From Chromera velia (taxonomy: Eukaryota), in contig JAHBMJ010000491.1 of NCBI GenBank assembly GCA_018398765.1, positions 1-47,415 of the forward strand: a stretch of DNA of 47,415 nt, given 5' to 3'. Positions within the stretch are counted from its first letter, which is position 1. The number at the start of each line of letters is the position of its first letter. The position numbers and the translations under genes were made by a program. Below are positions 35,901 through 47,415 of the stretch, in pieces. The notes below the pieces were generated by a model, which had not been told where the DNA came from, searched no databases, and worked only from the letters and a program-made list of their open reading frames with translations.

Positions 35901-37474
35901 AGTCAGTCAGTCAGTCAGTCAGTCAGTCAAAACGAAGAGGGGACCCCGATGGATTCGCCCCTTCCCTTCTCCACTTCATTTCTTTTTTGCACGCTAAGCT
36001 GTGACAGGAAGGAAGTTCCCCTCTCAGCTTTGTCTCAAAATTTCTTTCCCCTTCAGGGGATGAACAACTATTGATTCAAGGCACCAAGAATGAAGAGGAG
36101 AAAATCCACTTTTCTTTTCTACCCTGAGAAGGAAAGAAGGACAAAAAGAACAAAGAAAGAAAGAAAGAAAGAAAGAAACTCACGGTCTTCATACGAGGCT
36201 CCCTTCTCCTTCATGGCCTTGATGACATCTTTGAGCATAAACGCCAGGATCCTTCTCTGAATGTACTGCTTCGCTGTCGCGATGCGCGTCCGTGCGCTCC
36301 CTTCCTCCTCTGCCATTTCCACAATCCTTGGCCACTCTTCTTTCAGGTATTGCCAAGACACGTACGGATTCGGGAGACCCTGCCAGAACCCGTACTGTCT
36401 CCAGAGACGCGGGTCCGCAAATTCTTCCGGCTGCATGGATGGATGGATGCACATCCACATCCATCGAGCGAGAGAGTTTTGTCAGTCTTTCAGTCGATTC
36501 AAACTAGACCATAAAACACACAACGCATGCAGTTGTGCATATGCATGATTCCTTTTTCATCCTCCATTTCATCCGTCTCCGCTTCTCACTCTTCAAGATT
36601 GCCTCAGTCGAAAAAAAGAAAGACCGTTTCAGGCCGATACGCCTCGTCCCCCCCTTCCCCTTTCTCCCACTGAATGGCCCTGCTGCTGTCCACTCAATCA
36701 ACCATGCCAACACCCTCCTTACCGTTCCCCCCATTGGCACAATCGTCTGTACGACCAGGTTCCTTAACCAGAGGAACTTCTGTGTGGCGATGGACTTGAG
36801 TCTCTTCATCTGGATCTTCTGCCACTCCTCGTCGAGCCGCTTGAAGAAGAACTCGGGGTCGAGCGTCGGATCCTCTCCGGAAGTCACGAACGCACTCTGG
36901 ATTCTGTGCAACGCCGCGATGCCCCACTTATCCTTCTGCATACGTAGTGAGGGGAAGGGGATGGGGTGGGGGTGAACGTGCTCAGGCGGGAATGAGCAGG
37001 GGAGAGGAAATGGGGGACAAAATGGATGGAGGACATTTATTTGCACACTGATTCAAGGAGACACACAGAGAAAGAGGCGGAGACACACTCGCACATTCCC
37101 TACATTTATCCACTTGAGGGAACAAGTAAACCTGCTGCTTGCATTCAAGTACTGCGGCTGGCAAGCTGAATGAGTGCCTGACTGACTGACTGACTGCTTT
37201 GACTGCATTCATGTATCCAGTGACGAGCGCGTCTCTCCACTCTTCCGGGTTGCCCTCAGCCAGCGTCTTCATCTTTGCCGTGTCGTATGCAGCCATGGCC
37301 TCCACCATGCTGTTCAGAGGTTCTGCCTGGATGACCGACAAGACCGAGGGAGACGGCAACGGCGTGACCTCAGAAGGGGCCCCGATGTACTTCTCGGGCG
37401 TGGGATTCCACTTCAACACAGCACGAAACATGTCACCTCGCCGTGTCTGCAGAAGCACACACACAAACCACACA

Positions 37475-37526
<52 letters not shown>

Positions 37527-37555
37527 GAAAGAAAGAAAGAACGAACGAACGAACG

Positions 37556-37600
<45 letters not shown>

Positions 37601-38556
37601 CAGAGACAGAGATAAATGCAGAATGCAAGTGTACGAATGTTTGGCGCATTCCTTCTTCTTTGTTTGTATTTACGAATTCGCACGGTGACTGGCTCGGCTT
37701 GTTTTCATTTGGCCACTGCCAATGTCGGTGTAAATTGACTTCCCTCCTGTCGATTCGTTCCGCGTCTTTCCGCAAGGTCTCTCTTCCCTTCCAGCGATGG
37801 AGACGGGCAAGGAGGGAAGGCCCTCCCTCATTCATTCATTCATTCATTCATTCATTCATTCATCCGTTCGTTCGTTCATTTAAATCCCGTCACTGCAGCC
37901 ACGAAGAGCGCCCATCCAACAAGCAGGGGCCCCGGCATTCCCTGACAAGAAGCTATGGGCACACATACGCAGATCACGCAGTGCTGCTGGGTTCCCTTCA
38001 CTCATCTATCGGGTTACGTTGGGTTGGGAGTGTGGAGAAACAGAAAGGCAGGCAGGCAGGCAGACAAATTGACGAAGAGAAAGAAAGACAGGGAGGAAGA
38101 TCGAGAGAGGGCGCGCTTCTTCATTCTCTGTGATTCTTTCCAGAGGGAGGGAGGGGAGGAGACAGAGACACGCAGCACCTCCATCGTCGCACACCACTTC
38201 AAAATAAAATAAAACGTGCGAGCGATTAAGAGAGCTTCCCCGACCGCCCCCCCGTCCCATCCTTACCCGCTCCCCCCCCTTCTTCCGCTAACCTTCTTCG
38301 GTCTTCGTGCGTTCCATTTCTTTGCTCCCTTTAGCCGTCGCCGCCAGAGGACGGTTGAGGGCCCTTCACTCTCTCCCGTCCCCGTACCACTAGGCGTTTC
38401 TCCCAGGAACCCCCCCCGTCTGCGCTGTTGCTGGAACGCCCGTGATGAACTTCCGAAAGGTCCTAGGGGAGTGCGCAGGAACGCCTCGACCCGGGAGACA
38501 GAGAACACCAGCACATACGAGAGAAGATTTAAAAAAATTGTTTGACGCTTCATCAT
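29153..38556 (-). CDS. Unknown ~820-aa protein with bipartite (signal plus transit) plastid leader, helical Y/FxxW..G repeats and an acidic tail; about 16 exons: 38293-38556, 37195-37446, 36723-36935, 36184-36430, 35487-35655, 34974-35107, 34422-34508, 33938-34060, 33096-33170, 32575-32646, 32222-32296, 31886-31945, 31163-31207, 30440-30511, 30038-30118, 29153-29658
   Basis: All junctions are GT-AG and phase-consistent with no stops. The N-terminus MMKRQTIFLNLLSYVLVFSVSRVEA|FLRTP... is followed by an S/R/G-rich stretch. Extra exons may be hidden in the gap at 33583-33848 or missed. Confidence 0.7.
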
Positions 38557-39410
38557 GAACAGGACGGAAAAACAGAAACACCGAACCACCCAAGAAAGAG
38601 AAAGAAGACCGCGCTACCGCGGGCAGAACCGCCACACACAACCACTTTCCAACGCAAAAAGACAGATATCAAATCACTGGGCACAAGCCTACACAGAAGA
38701 AGGAGACATGCAACGCTGTCTCTCTTCCGCTTGTGCACGGAAGAAAAAGAACACCACCGTCTGCAGTCTCGCCCCTTCTCAAGAAAGAATGATCCGTTCA
38801 GTAGCCTGTTCCTGCCCCCTGCTTTCTATGCGACACTCTACTGATTCAGATGCTGCCCTGTAAAAAAGAAGCAATGCGCACTCCTCTCGGGCAAGCTGCT
38901 GTCTGTCAGGAGCAACGCGAACGTCGAGTGACTGTTGATGACTGTTGTCGTCGTGAACGGAGACGCTTCGCGTGTTGCTCAAGGCGCCGCGTGCATGCTT
39001 GCAGGCCGGGGCCCCATGCATGCATGCAGGGGCACGCGCGGTAGGGTTCCGGTTGCCGGGGCACGCTGGGCGGCTGGGGCCCTGCATGCTGCGGCCCCTG
39101 CAAACAGAGCATGTGTGAGCACTGTGAGGGAAAGAAGACTTGCAAACCAACCCTCGAGCTGCGGTTTTCTCATCTAACTTGGATGTGAGAGCATCTGCAT
39201 GTCTTTCACTCCAAATGTTTATTCCACTGAAAGTCAAAATTTCCCATTTCCGACTTTCTCTCTCCATCATGCATGCCGTCTCCTTTTTGAGATCTTTTCC
39301 GTCTCCGTCTCGGTCTCCGTCTCGCCAACTGGCACGAATGTGAGGGCCAAGCACCAGTTTGTGTAACCTGTGTAGCTTCAATCCTTGGAAAGTGCTTTGT
39401 GGAGAGGAGG
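38557..39410. promoter_or_regulatory. Bidirectional promoter region with GCATGC/TGCATGCA and GGGCCC clusters
   Basis: 854 bp between divergent ATGs (38556 minus, 39411 plus), with the motif cluster at ~38990-39090. Confidence 0.5.
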
Positions 39411-42400
39411 ATGTTTGCTTTGAAACGTTCAATGGCTCTTCTGTCCCGCGAGATGGAAAGAGGGGGGGGCGGGGGTAGTTGGGGGTCCTCCCCCAAGAAA
39501 TTCAAGCCCCTGAAGAAAAAACGGCCGGACGTGTCGTTGAATTATTACATCTGTCGGTCCACGTCTGTCGATGAGGCCTTGGCAACAATTGAGGCCAACC
39601 TGGCACTGGCCACTGAGGTGAACTACGCCACAGTATTCAACTTCGCGGCGAAGAGATCCGAGGTTCCGACAGAGGAAAGAAGGGCGGTGCGCAGCAGACT
39701 TGCCCGACTGTTTGAGGCTCTGAAGAAACATATGCAGACGGAGGAACCGAAAGGAAAAGGTCACGTGCAGGCGAAGACTCTGTCCGTCCTTTCTTCGTCT
39801 CTGACCAAACTAGGGTTGTATGATCAACTGCTGTTCAATCACATTTCCCAGAAGAGTCTCCGTCTCCTACACGAATTCCCCCCCCAGAGTCTAGTGCCGC
39901 TCCTTTGGGCCCTTGCGAAGACTGGCCACGGAGACGGAGACGTCTTCAGGGGTGCTGCCGAGATCCTCAAACCGAATATAGATCTTCTCCATCCGCAGGA
40001 AGTTTCAATGCTTCTCTGGTCGTTTGCGACGTGCGGAATACGGGATGCCGAGTTATTTGGCAGCGCGCTCAGAGCAGCTCAGCCGAGGCTTCCAGACTTC
40101 TCCCCTCAGTCAATTGCCAATGTGATGTGGGCGTGTGGTGCACTGGGTGTGTCTGGAGGTGAGGAGTTCGTGTCGAGAGCGTGTGGGGAAGCCGCACGGC
40201 GTGCAAGTGATTTCAAAATAGGAGAGAGCGCCATGCTCCTCTGGGGCATTTCTCGGGGCCCCTTTTCCCATTTGCCCCCTCCTGTGCTGTGTGCGAGATT
40301 GGCTGATAACATCCTCTCTCAACTTCCCTCCCTGTCCTCTTCTCCCACTGAGGGTCCATGTGTGCTCCCAGGCATGCTTTCGTTGTCTGCCTTCTCCCTT
40401 GCCAGCATCGGCTGCGTCCATGCGAGGCTACTGCAGACGTTGATGCATAGTGCGAACAAGTGGGCAGCAGACTCGGAAGAAGTGGATGATGTTTCATCCT
40501 TTATGGAAGAGGGAGAAAGAAGAGAAGGGAGGAGAGGAGAGAAGGGGGTAGCTCTGGAGTCTAGAGTATGGACTCAAGTGTGGTTTTCCTGTCTTTCAGC
40601 GAGGCTGCTTCTGCCTTCCGCAGAGGCAAAAGCTGTAAGCCAGGTCATCCAACCACAAGCACTCGCAAAAGCTCGAGAGAGCTTGAGTAACCTGCCTGCC
40701 CGTCAGTTGAATGCTGTCGCTTTGTGGGAGGGGAAGGGGGAGGAATCTGAGAGTGGGGGGGAGACTCAAAGCATCACCCCTGTTGTCTCCCCAACTTCTG
40801 ATTTTGATCTCTCACGCAACTCCCTGATGGGCCTACAAGGAGATGTTTTGAGGACAGTGGGGGCACTTGGAGGCCTGTCTATAGTGAGTGAGTTCAAAGA
40901 GCCTCTCTCAGGTCTCACCGTTGACGTTGCTGTTTTGCCATCCCAGCACTTAGGCCCCTCTTCTGTCAACAGAGAAACAAAAAAGATCAGCAGGCGCCTC
41001 TCTGATCAGACATCACAAGAACAGTCAGCCTCCTCTTCCTCTTCCTCGATGAATCTCTTCTCTTCCAAAATGTCCCTGGCAAAAACACATCCTCGCGGTG
41101 TCAATCAAGAGCCAATAAAGGAAATTGACCGCCGAGAGGCCCCAGATCCCTCTGTTTCGTTTTCTCCATCCAACGCCCCCCACCCTGCCGCCTCCTCGCA
41201 TCTCACTCCAATTCTTCCCTCTTCCCTCTCCCCTCTCTTCTCACGCCCCTCCCCTTCCGTACTCGGTGCGTCGTGTTCATCCACAGCGCGTTGCTTCTCG
41301 TCCTCCCCCGCGACGGCTGCTGGAGAGAGGAGCAGACTCCCTTCTCTCCAAAGAGTCGGGACCCCGACCAGACCCTCAATACTCTCCCCGCAGTCACTGT
41401 CGCCTGCCGCCTCATCGTCCCCTTCTCCTTCCCTTTCCCTTGGGGGAGAAAAAAGAAACCCCCGCGGTTCAGCCAAAGAAACTGCGCGAGGAGACCACAC
41501 CCGCGTACTACGCAACAACAACCTACAGCCCTCCGTGGGGCTCCCAGCAGAGGTCCCGCAAACTCTCCCTCATCCCAGCAGAGCAGCAGCTCTGCCGTCT
41601 CCCCTCAGTCCTGCCGCTGTCAAATCTAATTGCGCAAAGATGAGCGGGATTCCCCTGGAAAGGGACAGAGATGGCAAATCAAAGCTTCAACTTGATCGTC
41701 CCCAGAGGAGAAAGGAGGCCGAGCAAAGGTCACAGATAGAGGGAAGGGAAGCGATGGGTGTGTGTGGACAGTCCCCCTTGCCGAATGAAGCCATTCAGCA
41801 GGTCAGCGCTGTGTATAGAGAGGCAGAAGGGGGTAGAGTCCTGAGGCAAAGAGAAAAGGAAAACGTTCCCCCCAAGGCTTTTTGGAGGCCCTCCCGAGGA
41901 TCTCGTGGTCTCTTCCAACGAGGATCGGTGGAGGGGAGCGCTGTACCGAATGAAAAGAGGAGACGATGGGAAGGAGAGGGAAAGATGGGGTTGATTGGAA
42001 GTGCCAACAGATGGGTGGATGTGCTGTCTCTCTGGGAGAAGACGGACACCCATAGCACACCAATGAATCTGGTGAGTCAGTTCCTTCTGGCTTTCTCTTC
42101 TCTTCTCTGTCCGTGTGTGTGTGCCTGTGTCTTTTCTTTCTTCTTTTGATTGTCTCTTTCCCTTGTGAACAAATCAAACCTGCATGCTCTGCTTGTGCCG
42201 ACTTGCCGGACGCTAGACGCCTATTTATGGGCCGATGGTGATGTGGTCTGATGATAATGACAATGTCTTGGTTGCTCTTCTGCACTTCATTGCTTCTGCT
42301 TTGTTCTTTCTATGGTTTCAGTTTGATGGTGGATATTTATTTGAAGTCCATGCAGCCCCTGCCAGTTTGTGGTTCTTCTTCAACCCGTTCACTGTCTTTC

Positions 42401-42657
42401 TTTCACTACCTGTCCTTTCTTTTCTTTCTTTCTTTCTTTCTTTCTTTCGGCTTCTCTTCTCGATTTCCTGCCTGCCTCTACGCCTGTCTGCTTACCTTCC
42501 TGTGCATGTTATTAAGTGCCCTTTCCTTTCCTCTTTATGTTCTTTCTCTCTCTTCGTTTGCTGAAGTAACAGGCACCTGAGCATCTCTTTCGCTCTTTTC
42601 TGTCTGCCTTCCGTATTGCCTTCTTTCTCTGTGTGTGTATCTTTCTTTTGGTTTTCT

Positions 42658-42724
<67 letters not shown>

Positions 42725-45700
42725 TTGTGTGTTTGTGTGTGTGTGCGCGCGCGCGCGTGTGTGTGCGTGTGTGTGTGTGAGTGTGCGTGTGTGTGTGTCT
42801 GTGATTTGTCGATCTTCTTCGATGCAGTCCGAGAAGGTGCAGACGCTGAATCGCGCTGTGTTTCTGGCAACGTTCGCCTCCAAGAACCCGCACAGCCGCA
42901 TCGGGAGGGCTCAGCAGAAGGGATTCTACCTGGATGGAGATGGATGTGCAGCAGAGGAGGGGGAGAGGGAGGGGAGGCATAGAGATGTAGGGGTGCGAGG
43001 GGAGGGGGCAGCAGGAGAGAGAAAGACGAGGGGGAAGGTACACGACCCAACTGGAGCAGCGGAAAGGGAAAGGGGCAAGAGTGGGATGGCACAGCTGTGG
43101 GAGGACGGTCGGTTTTGTAGGCTTGTGGCGTCAGTAGAGGAATGTTTCCATTGTGAGAACAGAAAAGCTGTGGAGGAACTTTCAGGCGTGGACTTGCAGA
43201 GACTGGCAACGGCGGTGGGAAACTTGGAGAGAGAGAAAGGCGGAGACGGACTCTCGGTTGCTGGAGATGTTTCGGGAGATGAAGAAACGGGGCTAAGACG
43301 AAAACAAGAAGTCACCGGGGGGCGACGGTTGCTGCTCGAGGGTCTGCTGTCGGCAGGCAGGAAGCAGATAGAGAGGATGTCACCCCGTCAGATTTCGGAT
43401 GTCGTGAATGGATTGCACCTGGTCAGCTCTCTCTCTCTCTTTCTCTCTCTCTGTGTGTGTGTGTGTGTGGGGGNATGGATGTGCAGCAGAGGAGGGGGAG
43501 AGGGAGGGGAGGCATAGAGATGTAGGGGTGCGAGGGGAGGGGGCAGCAGGAGAGAGAAAGACGAGGGGGAAGGTACACGACCCAACTGGAGCAGCGGAAA
43601 GGGAAAGGGGCAAGAGTGGGATGGCACAGCTGTGGGAGGACGGTCGGTTTTGTAGGCTTGTGGCGTCAGTAGAGGAATGTTTCCATTGTGAGAACAGAAA
43701 AGCTGTGGAGGAACTTTCAGGCGTGGACTTGCAGAGACTGGCAACGGCGGTGGGAAACTTGGAGAGAGAGAAAGGCGGAGACGGACTCTCGGTTGCTGGA
43801 GATGTTTCGGGAGATGAAGAAACGGGGCTAAGACGAAAACAAGAAGTCACCGGGGGGCGACGGTTGCTGCTCGAGGGTCTGCTGTCGGCAGGCAGGAAGC
43901 AGATAGAGAGGATGTCACCCCGTCAGATTTCGGATGTCGTGAATGGATTGCACCTGGTCAGCTCTCTCTCTCTCTTTCTCTCTCTCTGTGTGTGTGTGTG
44001 TGTGGGGGGGGNNNNNNNNTCCTTCCTTCCTTCCTTCTCTCCTTCCTTCCTTCCTTCCTTCCTTCCTTCGTTCCTTCGTTCCTTCCTTCCTTCCAAAACT
44101 TTTCGTCGGTCTGAAAAAGCGGCTGCAGAGGGTCGGAAAGAGATGGCAGTGGACAGTAGACAGATTCTCTTTACCTTTGTACTTCCTGCATGCACCTGCA
44201 GTGTGGTTACCCTAACCGGGATTTCTATCTGGCTGCCATGGGACGTTTCTCCTCCACCTACGGAAGCGGGAATGGAGACGTATTTGGGCCCTCGGAGGTT
44301 CATAAAATCGCGTTGGCTGCCTCGCGAACTGGGATTTTTGAAAGCACATTCTTTGACCTTCTGCCCAAGTTCACAATCGAAAATTGCGCTGAGAGGCCGA
44401 CATTGAAGGACTTGGTTTCGATCCTATGGGCAGTTGCGCACTACCATGAGCACATGCAACAGAGGCATGCATCAGACGGGATGGTAAGAGACAGGGATCC
44501 ATCTGTTGATGGCCGGGGCGTGTCGGATGGGGTGTGTGGTCACTCAGTTCCGATGAAGAGAGAAGGAGACTGGGAGAGAGGGGGGAAAGAAAGAGAAGGG
44601 GAGAAGGACAGGGAGGCAGAGCGATTGGACTTGTTCTGGTGGGCGGGTTCTCGTCTGACGTCGGGGAAGGCGGCACAAATCCCGGGGGAAAGAGACCTTC
44701 CACCTTTGACGGACTTCGCATCGAGCAGAGATCTAGGGCAGCTTTCAACAGCTTTCATGAAGATGGGCGTCCTGCATGGACGTCTGATGGAAAGTATAGC
44801 TGCAGTCGTGGTTCGTGATGTGATGTCACTTTCTCCCCTTGCAATTTCGTCTTTTCTCGGAGCTGCGGGAAGACTCCAGTGGACAGGTCTACCTGGACTC
44901 CTCGACTCCGTGCGAACGGACCTGGAAAGAATTGTGCCCCGATTTGGTCCGCTTGACCTTGCGTGGTTGTGCTGGGCAATAGCCAAAAGTGGGGAATTGG
45001 GGGAAGACAGGGAAAGAGAGAAAATTATGAAGACTGCGGAGGAGACGGCAATGAGGAAAATGCAAGAGTTTCGGGCTTCTTCCCTGTGTGCGATTTCATG
45101 GGCGTTAGCAAAGAGCGGAACCGGAAGTCCAGAGTTCTTCCTTGCGGCATCGCGCCAAGCAGTTCAGGTTCTCGGTCGGTCGGCTTCTTCTTGTTCGTCT
45201 TCGATTTCTACTGCAGAAGACAGCAGGAAGCGGGGAGTGGGAGCAAAACGATGCACTGCGGAGTTAAGCACTTTTGCGTGGTCATTGGGGCAGACTGTCA
45301 ACAGCGTGCCGACCTCCCATGGTGATATTTTGCGTTTTTTTGAGTTCCTTCAAAAGGACATAGAGAGGTTTGGTCTGAGGGATTTTGTGACAGCGGATCT
45401 GTGCAACATTGCGTGGGCAGCAGGGACAGCGAAATTCTGGTCCAAGGCTTTCTTTGAGGCCGTAGGGAATGAAATGCTTCGTTCGGGGCGGTTGCAGGGG
45501 GGGGATGTGATGGCAAAAGATTTGACGTCTCTGTTGGTGGGGTTTGCGCGAGCAGGTGTTGCTATGCCTTCTTTGTTTCGGGTGGCGTGTCTGCGCATGA
45601 AAGCGCTTGCAGATATCTCCAAGCTCCAAACAGCCTCGGCAGATGAGCACGGAGGTCATGAAGGAGACGGAGGTAAAGAAAATGAAGAGAGAGTGCCTCG

Positions 45701-47415
45701 TTCAATTGTAGGAAGGGAAACAAAGACGAGAGATCAGAGAGAGGAGGAAAGGCCTAGTGAGGTCCTGCAGGCACAGCAGCTTTTGACCTTCCTCTGGGCC
45801 CTTGCGCAAGCGAACATTGCGGTGCCTTCTGTATTCGACTCGGTCGCATCCCATCTGGTTCTCTTCCGGGAGAGGGACGGGCTCGATGAGCTGATGAGGT
45901 CAATTCGAAGACGTGCATACTGCCTGTGGTCGGTGGCGGTGCCGTTTGCTCTCTATTCTCCCGATATTCATTTATCGACTTTCAGAGAGGACTCTGAGAC
46001 TCTGTTGAAGATTGAGAAGAGACAGCAGAGTGCGCAGGGATTGATCGACGCTGCAGTCCTCTCGAGACCCTCTCTTGTTGACTTGCTCAAAGCAGAACAA
46101 AAGACGGGAGAAGAGGGTCTGAGCTCTGCCGAGCTAAAACACTTCGCTCTGGCTGGTTGGTCACTTGTGGCACTGGGGGAGGGTGGGAGAGAGGAGGTGG
46201 GTGTATTCTTGAGGGCTTTGCTTAGAGGGACGCTGGGGAGTTGGACAGAGGAGAGAGCAATGAAGGGCTTGTCGGAGAGGGAGAGGAGGGACGATGTGCG
46301 ACAGGTCTGTTGAAAGAACGAACAGTGACTGACTGACTGAGTGCATAATCGAAATCGAAAAGCAAGTACGCATAGCAGCCTCCGACGTCCGTCCGTCCGC
46401 GTCCCATGCAGTCCGGCCTTCCTTTCATGTGCAAGATGCCTTCGCTTCAACGGGTCCCTCCCGTCATTCCATGCTGCTGCACTCACTGTCCGTCTCTCTC
46501 TCGACATTTTCTTCCGCTTTGCGTAAGGATTCTTCTCTTTCCTTTGCCACTTCCTTCAATGGCATTTTGTTTGTCTGTCTCCCGTTTTATTCTGGCCTTC
46601 GGTGGATGTACAACTGCGGTAAAGTAAATTGTTTGGGTATAAACATTCCTTCTTTTTCTCTTGTCCTCCTTCTCCTTGCTTATTTATCTGTTTCTTCGGG
46701 GATCTCTGCAGCTTTGGCAAATTCTGATGGCAGTCGCACTGGGGGCAGACAAGCGAGACCCTTCGGACCCTTTTCTTCCCTCTGGCAATCCGTTTGGCAT
46801 GCAGAGGAAGGGGGGGAGGGGGTGGGGGGAAGGGGGGTACACACGACCCCCACTTCAGGACATGCCGTGGCCCCCGTTAGATACTACAGGCAGAGCCCTC
46901 GAGACGGTATCTGAAGTCGACTTCCTGGTCCGACGTGCAGAGTCTCTGGTGACTTCTCTCTGCAAAGAATTAGGGATTTGCCCTCGACTGGCCTCGTTGG
47001 CCTCGAGAGCATTTCAAGAAAGCGGAAACGGAAACAAAAACCTCCTGTGGGACTCCTCAGAGATGGGAGAGGGGATCGGTGGACGTGGAGGCATGGATTT
47101 TCGTTCTTCTCCAGACTTTTTGGTGTCCTCGACAATGCATGCGAAAGCCTCAGAGGCCCTTGAGGCAGAGGGCTTGGAGCATCGGCATGAGGTTCTGTTG
47201 GGGTCCCTTTTGGGCATCCGGTCGGTCGGTTGGTCTGTCTGTCTGTTTGTTTGTTTGTTGGGGGTCGCTTTTGGGCATCCGGTCGGTTGGTCTGTCTGTC
47301 TGTTTGTTTGTTGGGGGTCCCTTTCGGGCATCCGGTCGGTCGGTTGGTCTGTCTGTCTGTTTTTTTGTTGGGGGTCCCTTTCGGGCATCCGGTCGGTCGG
47401 TTGGTCTGTCTGTCT
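39411..47415 (+). CDS. Large heptatricopeptide-repeat (HPR/OPR-like) organellar RNA-binding protein with RAP-like segments, incomplete at 3'; exons 39411-42071, 42828-43421, 44202-46304, 46712-47191, continuing beyond the window
   Basis: 37-aa repeats (FPPQSLVPLLWALAKTG.../LHPQEVSMLLWSFATCG.../FSPQSIANVMWACGALG) and many more LxxxxWAxAxxG repeats in 44202-46304. RAP-like leads are LQGDVLRTV...SEF...GLTVDVAV and SSTMHAKASEAL...EHRHE. Introns are phase-0 GT-AG. Confidence 0.8.
47197..47415. repeat. Intronic minisatellite, ~56-62-bp unit, about 4 copies
   Basis: GTTGGGGGTCCCTTTCGGGCATCCGGTCGG... repeats immediately after the donor at 47192. Confidence 0.9.

Noticed and set aside
42940..44011. 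Apparent tandem exon duplication in the HPR gene (535-bp offset)
   Set aside because: The identical copy starts right after a single N at 43474 and ends at a gap, which indicates an assembly overlap.

Overview
Eukaryotic nuclear DNA from a draft short-read assembly with several N-gaps next to poly-G/C runs. It is most likely a chromerid alveolate such as Chromera velia. That is inferred from microsatellite-filled GT-AG introns, TGCATGCA-rich promoters, a heptatricopeptide-repeat gene, a bipartite secondary-plastid leader and a flagellar IFT gene. The left ~18.7 kb is repeat-rich: gene remnants, abutting 200-bp and 189-bp tandem arrays, a (GAGTG)n satellite, a 4.47-kb element with 372-bp terminal inverted repeats and an ATGA duplication, and a decayed chromodomain Ty3/Gypsy retrotransposon. 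The retrotransposon has unusual composite LTRs and interrupts a small Cys-rich ORF. The right ~28 kb holds IFT22/RABL5 (7 exons), a 2-exon fucosyltransferase-like gene, a truncated CRE-like non-LTR retroelement, and a ~16-exon minus-strand gene for an unknown, probably plastid-targeted repeat protein with an acidic tail. Head-to-head with the latter is a very large HPR/RAP RNA-binding protein gene that runs off the window. All exon models and mismatch counts were made by eye.
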